Assembly (NCBI GenBank): GCA_945865325.1
Contig: CAMBFA010000002.1
Span: forward strand, 9,035 to 73,034
From: Candidatus Kuenenia stuttgartensis
GTDB lineage: Bacteria; Planctomycetota; Planctomycetia; Pirellulales; UBA1268
Direction: 5' to 3'
DNA length: 64,000 nt
Shown: in pieces, positions 33,508 to 42,248 of the stretch
Numbering within the stretch: position 1 is the first letter of the stretch
How the letters are laid out: every line of letters begins with the position of its first letter
The notes under the pieces: model-generated
Told to the model about the DNA's origin: nothing
The model's input: the letters and a program-made list of their open reading frames with translations, nothing else
The model's database searches: none
Position numbers and translations under genes: made by a program

Positions 33508-34878
33508 TCAACCCTTCCTCGGCGGGAAGCCGATCACCGGCCCGACGACCCCCTTGGGCTTGCTGGCCGCGGGGCCACCGGACTTGGCGCCGCTGAGCGG
33601 CCCCAGTCCGAGGACGCCCGGCGCGGCAGCCTTCGCCTTCCGGCCAGACGATTCCGCCACCGGCGTGGCCGAGCGCCCGAGGACGGCCGGCCCCTCGATC
33701 TCCGGCAGGAAAACGTTGGCCAGGATGTACTGCTCGGCATAGAGCATGGCCATGGCCATCGGCATCATCACCAGGCCCGCCCAGTCGTGGAACACTCGCT
33801 CGGCGAACTCGCTGTCGGAAACCTGATAAAGGACTCCCGTGACGGTGATCCGGATCGAATTGACCGCCAGGGCAATCGGGATAGCGCTGGCGAGGATGAT
33901 GGCGTTCTCCCACCACGAGCGCCGCCCAACCATCACCAGTCCGACCGACAAAGCGACGAAGATCGTCAACATTCGCAGCCCGCTACAGGCATCGACGACA
34001 CCGAGGTGCATCTCGCCGAGGACGATCTGATTACCCTCCCGATAGGCCTCGAGCCCCAGCGTCTGAAGGGCAAAGGTGCTGACCATCGTAGCGGTCGTCT
34101 GGAGCGGCCCCAGGAGGTAACGGGTCGCTTCGTCGGGGAGCGGGTACATGAAGATCAGGAACATCAGCGGGGCCCACGCCCATCGGAACATGCTCCACCC
34201 GCCCACGAGGATGAACACGCCACAGATCGCCGGGACGAACGTGTACATGTCGATCGTCACGATCCGGTAGCTAGCCGCGAACAACCGCAGGCCGAGGGAG
34301 GCCGCCAGAAGAAGCAACCCGACATACCGAGCCGACAATCTCACCGGGGCCACCGGTTGCCGCCACCAGAAGAGGAGGGCCGCCGAAAACAGCGGCACAA
34401 TCCACCCGTGGGCGTACTGGGGGTTGGCCCAAGCGATGTAGGCGTTGAAGAGGCCGGGGAAGTAGCTGTAGATCAGCGCGGCGGTGAAGATCGCGATCGT
34501 GATCAGCGTGAACCGCTGGTTAGGATCCCGCATGTCGACAAGAAACTCCGACCATTTCCGCTTCAGCAGCGTGAAGAACTCCTCGTCATCGACGCCCGGC
34601 CGCTGTGGACCGGACATCGGCGGCGGGCCCGCGCCTAGGACAGCCGAGCGGGAGGCTATCGGCAGGGCCGGGGGGGTCGTCGCACCCTGTGCCGGTTGCC
34701 CGAAGGCGGAGGCTCCGCCGGACGTCATGCCGTCGTTCACGGCAACCGCAGGCTCATCGGAGGCCACGATATCGCCGCCATCGATCGGCGACTGCGGCGC
34801 AGAACCGGCAGCATCGCCCGAAGCGTATGCCGGGCCGGAGTTTGGTTTGGAGCGGAAGTCTTCGGTGAGTGGATTCAT
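33508..34878 (-). CDS. Exosortase-family transpeptidase with low-complexity N- and C-terminal extensions
   Basis: Multi-TM core with catalytic-type motifs VVDACSGLRML (Cys), LAVNSIRITVTG (Arg), FHDWAGLV (His). About 110-aa Ala/Gly/Pro-rich N-terminal region. Confidence 0.88.
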   Translation of the reverse strand: MNPLTEDFRSKPNSGPAYASGDAAGSAPQSPIDGGDIVASDEPAVAVNDGMTSGGASAFGQPAQGATTPPALPIASRSAVLGAGPPPMSGPQRPGVDDEEFFTLLKRKWSEFLVDMRDPNQRFTLITIAIFTAALIYSYFPGLFNAYIAWANPQYAHGWIVPLFSAALLFWWRQPVAPVRLSARYVGLLLLAASLGLRLFAASYRIVTIDMYTFVPAICGVFILVGGWSMFRWAWAPLMFLIFMYPLPDEATRYLLGPLQTTATMVSTFALQTLGLEAYREGNQIVLGEMHLGVVDACSGLRMLTIFVALSVGLVMVGRRSWWENAIILASAIPIALAVNSIRITVTGVLYQVSDSEFAERVFHDWAGLVMMPMAMAMLYAEQYILANVFLPEIEGPAVLGRSATPVAESSGRKAKAAAPGVLGLGPLSGAKSGGPAASKPKGVVGPVIGFPPRKG

Positions 34879-35009
34879 GCATCACCCGCTGGAGTCGGAA
34901 CGCCCTGACCGATCCCAGCCGAGTATACACGACCGCGTGGGCAACACCGCGCCCCGGGGAGAAGGCGGGCGACGGCGGGGAAATACGTGGACTGGACGCT
35001 TTCCGCGGG

Positions 35010-36131
35010 TCATCCGAGGAGTGCCAAGGCCCCCCGCCACAGCCATCGCCAGGCCAGAAGAACGACGGCCGTGGCCACGACCAAATCCCCCGCTGGCACA
35101 CTTTTACGCTGGAAATAGCAGATGGCCGGAATCGCCAGTCTGACCACGAAAGCGCCCCGGGCGCGGTTGATGGCCGGGGGTGCGGCCGGCTCCGCCCTGG
35201 GATGGGCGGCGGGGGATGATTCCGGATCGGTTGAACCTGTCGCGGTTTCCGGATCGGACGCTCCCTCCGATTGGATCGATTCGGGAAACGGGTGGATGGC
35301 TCCGGCGGGCCCGGGGGCGGCCGGAGTGTCCACCGGGGGATCGGGGGGGATCAGCGACGCCAGCAAGCTCCGCAGCGCGCCGATCACCGGCAGCAGCAGC
35401 GCGGCGCCTCCTGCCGCCTGCCACCCGAGGACGGCGCCGACGAGCATCAAGCCCTGTCGCACCGCCGAGGAGGAGGAGCGCCCAAGCAAAGCGCCGCAGG
35501 CCACCCCAACCATGGCGATCGAGAGTCCACGCTCCGGACCTACCCCGATCCACGCCGGGAACTCGATGCCGACACCCACCGGGAGAAGGGCCGACCAGCC
35601 GGTCACGGCGCCCACGGTGATCCCCAGGGCGACGCGGCTCCAGCGGGTCGGCACGACCTGCCCGTCGGCCTCCACGGCCGCTCCGAGGAGGAGGTTGAAG
35701 AGAAGCCATCCGTGGAGGAGGGCGACGGCGATGAGGAGCGGATCTGGCCGCAGAAGGAGATTGTCGGCACCGGGCCGGCCGCCACCGAACGCGGCACCGG
35801 GGAGCGTCCGGCCACCCGACAGCAGTTCGGCGGCGGCAACCCCGCCGATGAGGATCGCCCCGACGGCCTCCACGAGCGGATACCGCGCGGCGATCATCGC
35901 CCCGCAATCCCGACAACGTCCACCGAGAAGGAGCCACCCGAGGACCGGAACATTGTCGTGCCAGCGAATGGCCGATCTGCACGACGGGCAATGCGAGCCA
36001 CCATGGACGACCGACTCCCCCCGGGGCAGCCGGTGGACAACGACATTGAGAAAGCTGCCGAGATTCCCCCCGAGTACCAGGAGCAATCCAAACACCACCA
36101 CATCCGTCAGCGGGACGATCCACTCGTGCAT
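35010..36131 (-). CDS. Prepilin-peptidase (A24)-like membrane protein with Pro-rich insertion
   Basis: N-terminal zinc-ribbon region NVVVHRLPRGESVVHGGSHCPSCRSAIRWHDNVPVLGWLLLGGRCRDCGAMIAARYPLVE matches the PilD N-terminal domain. It has multiple TM helices. Candidate Asp motifs are AVEADGQVVP and PAGDLVVATAVVLLAW. Confidence 0.6.
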   Translation of the reverse strand: MHEWIVPLTDVVVFGLLLVLGGNLGSFLNVVVHRLPRGESVVHGGSHCPSCRSAIRWHDNVPVLGWLLLGGRCRDCGAMIAARYPLVEAVGAILIGGVAAAELLSGGRTLPGAAFGGGRPGADNLLLRPDPLLIAVALLHGWLLFNLLLGAAVEADGQVVPTRWSRVALGITVGAVTGWSALLPVGVGIEFPAWIGVGPERGLSIAMVGVACGALLGRSSSSAVRQGLMLVGAVLGWQAAGGAALLLPVIGALRSLLASLIPPDPPVDTPAAPGPAGAIHPFPESIQSEGASDPETATGSTDPESSPAAHPRAEPAAPPAINRARGAFVVRLAIPAICYFQRKSVPAGDLVVATAVVLLAWRWLWRGALALLG

Positions 36132-36458
36132 GGCAACCGAATCCCTTTTGACGTCTTCCCGGTCGACTAACGGGCCGGGATCGCGGGATCCGCCGCGGCC
36201 GAGAGGTCATGGATAAAGTTTTCCGCGGACCCCCAGCGGACTTTGGATAAGCTGTTTTGCCTACGGATGCGGCAGCCGAATCGCCCTGAAAAACTCTGGG
36301 TTTTTCAAGGGTGCTTCGAATGGAAAATGGTCTCCGCTGGATTTTTTCACGAACATCTAGAATAACCGCCGGCGAACGACGCGGCGCGCAGGACGTCACG
36401 TCGATCCACGTTGATTGCCCTCGCGAGACAGACGTTGACACCACAGCGCCCCGGAACG

Positions 36459-36470
36459 CCCCCCCCCCCC
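36459..36470. repeat. Homopolymeric C12 tract
   Basis: 12 consecutive C read directly, flanked by CCCCGGA/TCCGGGG inverted arms. It lies 73 nt upstream of ATG 36543. Confidence 0.95.
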
Positions 36471-36542
36471 TCCGGGGCTCCGGATCCACAGCTGCCCTCG
36501 GAACCGTCGCACCGTGGTCGGGCACGACGGGCCGCCGGAGTG

Positions 36543-37469
36543 ATGCTCCGGGTGGCTGGCACCCTCGCCCTGATGGCGCTGACGCTCCGCAACGTCGACT
36601 GGCAGCAACTGCGACTCCTGCTCGGGACGGTCGACTGGCGCTGGTGGGGAGTGAGCCTGGGACTGGGCTTGGGCGTGCAGTGCCTGGCCGCGGTCCGCTG
36701 GGCGGCGCTGGCCCGGCCGGTCGGGTTCCAAGAACCGTTGACGGTCTTCATCCGCCTGTTCTTCGAGGGGCAGTTTTTCAGTCTCTGCCTGCCGACGTCG
36801 ATCGGTGGTGACGTGGTCAAGGCGTACCGCATGGCGGCGACGACGCGCGGCCGCGTGCTCGCCGGTTGCACGATCCTCGCCGACCGACTCGCCGGACTCT
36901 CGGCACTTGGGGTGATCGCCGTCACGGCGTTGATCCGCAATCAGTCGTCGCTCCCGCTCCTCCCCACGCTCCTCATCGGCAGCATGCTGCTGGCAGCGGT
37001 GCTCCTACCGGCGACCCTCATCATCAGCCGTCTCGATCGGATCGCGCAGTTCCTCCCGTCGCACCCTGGCGTGCAGGGAATCGTCGCCGGCCTTCTTCCC
37101 TACCAGCAGCATCCGGGGCTTATCGCCTCGGCCATCGCCTGGAGCCTGCTGGTGCAGATGGGGGGGGCGTTGGTGGTCGATGCCGTCGGCCGGTCGATCG
37201 GGACCGACATCCCGGTCTCGGTCTGGTTCGCCGCCGTCCCGTTGGTGGCCCTGGCAATGGTCCTCCCGATCAGCATCGGCGGCGTCGGCATCCGGGAAGG
37301 GGGGCTGGCGGTCCTCCTTGCCCCCCACGGCGTGTCCAAAGAGAAGGCCGTGGCGATCGGCCTGCTGTGGTTCCTGGTCTCGATCGCCTGCGGCCTCGTC
37401 GGCGGCGTGATGTTCCTGGCCAATCGCCGACCGGGCACCACTCCCGCCCCCCAAACGGGAGCGGGGTGA
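36543..37469 (+). CDS. Lysylphosphatidylglycerol-synthase-TM-region-like (UPF0104, flippase-like) membrane protein
   Basis: MLRVAGTLALMALTLRNVDWQQL...LAAVRWAALARP...FFEGQFFSLCLPTSIGGDVVKAYRM. The listed ORF starts at 36411 (alternative start codon), which would place the C12 tract in-frame (TPPPPS). Confidence 0.75.
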   Translation: MLRVAGTLALMALTLRNVDWQQLRLLLGTVDWRWWGVSLGLGLGVQCLAAVRWAALARPVGFQEPLTVFIRLFFEGQFFSLCLPTSIGGDVVKAYRMAATTRGRVLAGCTILADRLAGLSALGVIAVTALIRNQSSLPLLPTLLIGSMLLAAVLLPATLIISRLDRIAQFLPSHPGVQGIVAGLLPYQQHPGLIASAIAWSLLVQMGGALVVDAVGRSIGTDIPVSVWFAAVPLVALAMVLPISIGGVGIREGGLAVLLAPHGVSKEKAVAIGLLWFLVSIACGLVGGVMFLANRRPGTTPAPQTGAG

Positions 37470-37482
37470 GACGCCCACGGCA

Positions 37483-38085
37483 TCAACCGGAATGGGGCAT
37501 CTGTGTCCCCAGCCGGCGGCGGGCATCGACCAACAGCAGTCCGGCGACGGTCTTCGCGTCGTCGATAGCGCCTTCGAGGCACATCGCGATCGCCTCCTCC
37601 CAGCGGACGATCCTGACACGGATCTGCTCCCCCGGCTCGAGGGTCTGGGGGCCCGGTTCGAGCCCCTCGGCGACGAACAGATGCATCCTTTCCCGGAGAA
37701 TGCCCGGCGACATCCAAAACGCGCCGGCGGCCGTGAGACAGCGCGACCGATACCCGGTCTCCTCGGCGAGCTCCCGGGCCGCGGCGGCCTCGAGCGACTC
37801 GACCCGGTCGAGTGTGCCGGCGGGCAGCTCGAGAAGCGTCCGGCCGACGGCGACGCGGACCACCTCGACGAGGCACACCTCGACCGGCGAGAGGAGCGGC
37901 ACGACGACGACACTCCCCGGATGCTCGATCACCTCGCGCACCCGCCCAGCGCCCCCCGGCCCCGGCTCGGTGCGGCAGACGACCCGGAAACGCCGTGCCA
38001 CGAGGAGCACGTCGGCGGCTGGAACCGCCCCGTCGGGATGCTCGTCGCCACCGCCCTTCGCTGATCCGGCCTCTGACTGACTCAT
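37483..38085 (-). CDS. NUDIX hydrolase (ADP-ribose pyrophosphatase-like)
   Basis: Nudix box GTLDRVESLEAAAARELAEETGY. ATG 38085 overlaps the upstream stop (ATGA at 38082-38085). The listed 38391 start lies inside the upstream gene. Confidence 0.88.
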   Translation of the reverse strand: MSQSEAGSAKGGGDEHPDGAVPAADVLLVARRFRVVCRTEPGPGGAGRVREVIEHPGSVVVVPLLSPVEVCLVEVVRVAVGRTLLELPAGTLDRVESLEAAAARELAEETGYRSRCLTAAGAFWMSPGILRERMHLFVAEGLEPGPQTLEPGEQIRVRIVRWEEAIAMCLEGAIDDAKTVAGLLLVDARRRLGTQMPHSG

Positions 38086-39212
38086 GCCACAGCTCCCTTC
38101 CCGCCGCGCCGCGGCGGCAGCTCCACCCAGCGTGCCGCGGCTCCGGCGATCTCCAAGTCGATCCCGGCGGCGAGCGCTGAAGTCCGCACCAACCCGAGCC
38201 CCAACCAGCCATCGAACAGGGGCGTGGGTCCGGATGACGTGATCGTGCCCACTGCTTCCCCGCTCCCCCGGATCGTCACCTTTGCCCCCGGCCCGGCAGG
38301 TACGTCGGCCGCAGCGACGATCCCCACGAAGCGACGGTTGACATGCCCGAGGGCGTCGATCCGTGCCACCGTCTCCTGACCGAGATAACACCCCTTCGTG
38401 AACGAGATCGCCAAGTCACGACCGAGCTCCTGAGGAAGGGCCCGCGGGGGCACATCGACCGCCGACAGACGCCCCTCCTCGCGCCGCACCGCATCGATGG
38501 CGCCGGCGGAGGCCTCGACGATCCCGTCGCGCTGCCAGCGCTCGACGAGCCGCCCCCGGTCGTCGCGGGCCACGACCACGAGGCAGGTCCCCGGGCCCAG
38601 CCATTCCCCCCGGAGGACCGCCGCCGGGACTCCCCCACAGACCGCCGGCAGGTTGCCGGCAGCGACGTCGGCCATCAGCCCGAACGGCCGCGCCAGCCGG
38701 ATCGGAGGCAACGGCGCCGCAACGGCGTCCACCGCGGGGATGGCCTCCCCGGGGAGCGTGGCGGCTGCCCCGCGTTCGATCCACGCGCCTGCCACAGGGC
38801 CGGCGAGGAACAGCGCCGCGAAGTGATCGCTCCGGTCGCTGATCTCGAGTCGCTCGCGGATATGGTAGCGCTCAAGATGGGCCGCCAGCGACCACTCGCC
38901 CCCCGCACCTTCGACCGTCACCGGCACCGCGGGATCGGCGTCGATCCACACGCCGTCAGGGCCACGGAAGACGGTGGCCAGGAGGAGCACCTGCCCGCGG
39001 GCGTCGGGGAAGAATGCCTCGGTGCCTTCACCGGGGGCGAGCGTGGAAAGCGCCGCGGTGCAGAAGCCGTCGACAAATCGCACCGCATCCTCCCCCGACA
39101 CCAGCACCGTCGAGCGCCGGCCGGCGTCGGCCCAGGCGACATGGTCGCGGAGGTCGCGGTAGCCATCGGGAAGCGGGCTGCAGGGGGCCATAGTGAAGTC
39201 TCGGGCGGTCAA
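38082..39212 (-). CDS. Folate-binding YgfZ/GcvT-family protein
   Basis: Signature FTKGCYLGQETVARIDALGHVNRRF. GcvT-like N-terminal region. 376 aa. Confidence 0.8.
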   Translation of the reverse strand: MTARDFTMAPCSPLPDGYRDLRDHVAWADAGRRSTVLVSGEDAVRFVDGFCTAALSTLAPGEGTEAFFPDARGQVLLLATVFRGPDGVWIDADPAVPVTVEGAGGEWSLAAHLERYHIRERLEISDRSDHFAALFLAGPVAGAWIERGAAATLPGEAIPAVDAVAAPLPPIRLARPFGLMADVAAGNLPAVCGGVPAAVLRGEWLGPGTCLVVVARDDRGRLVERWQRDGIVEASAGAIDAVRREEGRLSAVDVPPRALPQELGRDLAISFTKGCYLGQETVARIDALGHVNRRFVGIVAAADVPAGPGAKVTIRGSGEAVGTITSSGPTPLFDGWLGLGLVRTSALAAGIDLEIAGAAARWVELPPRRGGKGAVA

Positions 39213-39536
39213 GGGGAATCAACGGGGCGGGGGGCACGAAGCGGTCGCGGGAAGGGGAAAAAATTGTCGCCCGCGCGAACGGCCGCTGCTCCGGCGGCGT
39301 ATTGGTTCCTGTCACGTCCCCCGCGGGCCGGGGCAGGCAACGGCCGGTCGGTACCACCGACTTGCCGTTGCCGCTAGAGTTATCCAGTCGGGTCCCCCTG
39401 GCAAGGCAGGATCCGGTTCTGGCGAGCGGCGTTCGCGCCGGCCCCATTCTTCAGGCTCGCTGTACCCCCGTTCGAATGTCCGCGCTCCCGGTGCGCAACC
39501 GCGCCCCGCTCCCGGCCCAGTAGGAGGAATCCATTT

Positions 39537-40166
39537 ATGGCGACCGTCGACTACGAAACCCGTTTTCAGGATCGCTTCGATGATTCCGAGGACGGGATGC
39601 GGCACCCCTTTGCGGTCGCCGACAGCGGAATCTCGGACGCTGTCCGTGCCGAAGCCGATGCGCTGCTCACCCCCCCCGCCGTGAAGCCGCGGACGACGCC
39701 GCGCCGGCAGCAGCGATTCCACCGTCTGGCGGATGTCCGCCAACAGCAGGGGGTGACGCTGCGGAACGTCGCCCGCCGGCTCGGAGTCGAGATGTCGGTC
39801 GCCCGTCGTCAGGAGCAGGAGGACTGTGATCTGCGGATCTCCGATCTCCTCGGCTGGCAGGAGGTTCTCGAGGTGCCGATCGCCGAGCTCCTCGTCGAAG
39901 CTGATGGCCAACTCTCCGGCCCCGTCCTCGAGCGGTCGCGGATGGTGAAGCTCATGAAGACTGCCGCTGCCATCCGCGAGCAGACCGACGGCACCGCCAC
40001 CCATCGCCTGGCCAACATGCTCATCGGCCAGATCCTCGAGATCATGCCCGAGCTCCAGGATGTCAGCCCATGGCACCAAGCCGTGCAGAAGCGCACGCCC
40101 GAAGACGTCGGACGGGCGGGCATCAATGTCGTTTCCGAAGAGGTTTTTGAGCATCCGACGACCTAG
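39537..40166 (+). CDS. XRE-like helix-turn-helix domain protein
   Basis: QQGVTLRNVARRLGVEMSVARRQEQEDCDLRISDLLGWQEVLEVPIAELL looks like a Cro/C1-type HTH. The rest is unrecognised. Confidence 0.55.
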   Translation: MATVDYETRFQDRFDDSEDGMRHPFAVADSGISDAVRAEADALLTPPAVKPRTTPRRQQRFHRLADVRQQQGVTLRNVARRLGVEMSVARRQEQEDCDLRISDLLGWQEVLEVPIAELLVEADGQLSGPVLERSRMVKLMKTAAAIREQTDGTATHRLANMLIGQILEIMPELQDVSPWHQAVQKRTPEDVGRAGINVVSEEVFEHPTT

Positions 40167-40298
40167 CCCACAGTCTCCCGACGACCGGTCGCGGCTCTGC
40201 AGAACGTCTTGTGAACGGGAGGGGCCATGCCTACGATGATCAGCGAGCGGTATCGGCCCCAACCTGGGGATTCCGATCGGGGCTGAAGAGCCCGCCGT

Positions 40299-40336
40299 AT
40301 TTCCCGGGAAAAGTTTCCCGGAACGAAGGTTTCCCG
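40299..40336. promoter_or_regulatory. Palindrome TTTCCCGGGAAA plus three direct TTTCCCG copies upstream of a mini-ORF
   Basis: Read directly: aTTTCCCGggaaaagTTTCCCGgaacgaaggTTTCCCG, with copies starting at 40300, 40314 and 40330. GGAGGG SD follows at 40341-40346. Confidence 0.45.
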
Positions 40337-40354
40337 ATACGGAGGGCTGGCGTC

Positions 40355-40441
40355 GTGTTTTCCCTGCTCGGAGTGATCGGGATCGCTTTGATCCTGTTCG
40401 TGGTCGTGGCGGCCACGGCCGGGGTTGTTCTCGGCAAGTGA
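40355..40441 (+). CDS. Candidate 28-aa single-TM hydrophobic peptide
   Basis: GTG 40355 lies 8 nt after GGAGGG and encodes VFSLLGVIGIALILFVVVAATAGVVLGK. The listed 76-aa ORF (40211) has an implausible N-terminus. Confidence 0.4.
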   Translation: MFSLLGVIGIALILFVVVAATAGVVLGK

Positions 40442-40464
40442 TCGGACGGGGTCAGATGCGTGGT

Positions 40465-40507
40465 CTGCAAATAAGCGGAGTCCCTGCAAATAAGCGGAGT
40501 CCCTGCA
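40465..40507. repeat. Tandem repeat, 19-bp unit CTGCAAATAAGCGGAGTCC x 2.3
   Basis: Read directly. It is relatively AT-rich and lies in the 76-bp gap between convergent gene ends (40441 and 40518). Confidence 0.95.
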
Positions 40508-40517
40508 TCGGTCTCGA

Positions 40518-40994
40518 TCATCGCTCATGCCGCGGTGCCGTCGGTCGGTCGACCGGATCAGGCCCCCCGCTGGCGCCGACGATCATCAACCCAAGAAAGC
40601 AGCCCAGGGTTCCCCCCAGCACGCCCCAGGCGATGATCGCCAGGGGAAGATAATCGCGCAGCCACACCCGGATCGGTGGCTCGACACTCTTGGGCACCTT
40701 CCTCTGAACGGGTCCCACCGGGCCCTCCGCCCCAGACTCGGCGCGCATGGCGCGGCGAAAATCCTCCCAGTCCTCCTGGGCCCCCGGGGCCGCCAGGCTT
40801 TCCAGCCAGGCATCCCGGTTCACCACGAGGACCAGTGGCGGCACGACCATCACCGCCCCCCACGCCACGGCAAACAGGCCAGCGACCCACCAGCGGCGCC
40901 GGGCCCGTGTGCTTTCCCACAAGGCCACGGCTTCGCCCCGGGGCAGGCGGTCATCACGGGGGGGCACGCTTGAGGATCCTCCGACCGAGCACAT
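40518..40994 (-). CDS. Hypothetical two-TM membrane protein
   Basis: RRWWVAGLFAVAWGAVMVVPPLVLVV and YLPLAIIAWGVLGGTLGCFLGLMIVGA hydrophobic segments. No family recognised. Confidence 0.55.
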   Translation of the reverse strand: MCSVGGSSSVPPRDDRLPRGEAVALWESTRARRRWWVAGLFAVAWGAVMVVPPLVLVVNRDAWLESLAAPGAQEDWEDFRRAMRAESGAEGPVGPVQRKVPKSVEPPIRVWLRDYLPLAIIAWGVLGGTLGCFLGLMIVGASGGPDPVDRPTAPRHER

Positions 40995-41145
40995 TTTGGA
41001 ACAGGCGTTCAGCCAGTCTGAATGCCATTCTCCCCGCCCTTGTCCGCGATGACAACCGGTCTGGTGCGGCGGCGGCGTCGCTGCTACCGTCTGCCCCGCG
41101 CCCCTTTTCCAGGGACCCCATCGACTCCGTCAAGGAACCGTTCGC

Positions 41146-42231
41146 GTGAAACCGGTCACTTTCCCGAACGCCTGCTTCTGGCTGTTGGTCGTCGTCTGCC
41201 TCAGCGCGACGGTCGCCCCCGAAGCCCACGGTCAGAGCGGCTGGCTGCCGACCTCCTGGTTCAGTTCGTCGGGGGAAGTCGACTCCAAAGCGATGTATCC
41301 GCTTGCCGAGCGGGATGGGCCGTGGCTCGTGCTCGCCACGACATTCCGTGGCGAGGGGGCGCGGGAGGATGCCCGTCGGCTCGTTCAGGAACTGCGGCGC
41401 ACGTACAAGTTCAAGGCCTACACGCACGAGAAGTCGTTCGACTACACCGGGAGCCAGCCCGGCCTGGGTCTCAACCCCGATGGCACGCCGAAGAAGATGC
41501 GCTACGCCAACGCGGAGCAGGTCGTGGAGGTCGCCGTCCTCGTCGGCGACTTCGCGTCGTTCGACGATCCCCGTGGCCAGAAGATGCTCGCGAAGGTGAA
41601 GTCGCTGCGTCCCGAAGCACTCACCGGCGACCATGGCAAAAGCCAGTCGTTCTCCGACTTCCGAAAAATGATCGGCCTCGAACGGACTGCGGGGAAGGGG
41701 CCGATGCACTTGGCGTTCGTGATCCCCAACCCGCTCCTCCCCGAAGATTATTTCTCTCGGCAGCAGGTCGACCGGTTCGTGCTCGACATGAATGCCGATG
41801 TCACCCATTCGCTCCTCGATTGCCCCGGCCTCTATTCGGTGCGTGTGGCGACGTTCACCGGATCGGGAACCTTCGACCAGAAGGCGATCGCGGCGGGCGA
41901 GGACGACGTCGAACTCGAGGGGCGGCTGGTCGAGGCGGCCGAGAAGGCCCATCGACTGACCGCTTCGCTGCGTAAGTCGGGCTGGGAGGCCTGGGAGTAT
42001 CACGACCGGGAATCGAGCATCGTCTGCATCGGGAGCCTCGACTCGAAGACCGTTCCCGGCCCGCAGGGCACCGCCCTGCATCCGGAAATCGTCCGGATCG
42101 TCCGCGAGCTCGGCCCCGATCCCACCCGGCTCGCCACGGGCGTGGTCCTCCCACGGACCGTCGAAGGGATCATGCTCGACGTTCAGCCCGCACCGATCCA
42201 TGTTCCCCGTGCCCCGGAAGGCTGGCACTGA
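41146..42231 (+). CDS. Hypothetical secreted protein with two possibly SPOR-like repeats
   Basis: Signal peptide MKPVTFPNACFWLLVVVCLSATVAPEAHG. Two similar modules: GPWLVLATTFRGEGAREDARRLVQELRRTYKFKAY and GLYSVRVATFTGSG...AEKAHRLTASLRKSGWEAWEY. Confidence 0.6.
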   Translation: MKPVTFPNACFWLLVVVCLSATVAPEAHGQSGWLPTSWFSSSGEVDSKAMYPLAERDGPWLVLATTFRGEGAREDARRLVQELRRTYKFKAYTHEKSFDYTGSQPGLGLNPDGTPKKMRYANAEQVVEVAVLVGDFASFDDPRGQKMLAKVKSLRPEALTGDHGKSQSFSDFRKMIGLERTAGKGPMHLAFVIPNPLLPEDYFSRQQVDRFVLDMNADVTHSLLDCPGLYSVRVATFTGSGTFDQKAIAAGEDDVELEGRLVEAAEKAHRLTASLRKSGWEAWEYHDRESSIVCIGSLDSKTVPGPQGTALHPEIVRIVRELGPDPTRLATGVVLPRTVEGIMLDVQPAPIHVPRAPEGWH

Positions 42232-42248
42232 TTCCCAGGGAACGGTTC

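Noticed and set aside
35104-36525. Overlapping 473-aa (-) and 364-aa (+) ORFs across the prepilin-peptidase region, and similar stacks at 36866-38212
   Set aside because: Their translations are Arg/Pro/Gly-rich. The frame with the PilD-like zinc-ribbon and TM helices (35010..36131 -), and the NUDIX, YgfZ and LPG-synthase-like frames, account for the coding signal.
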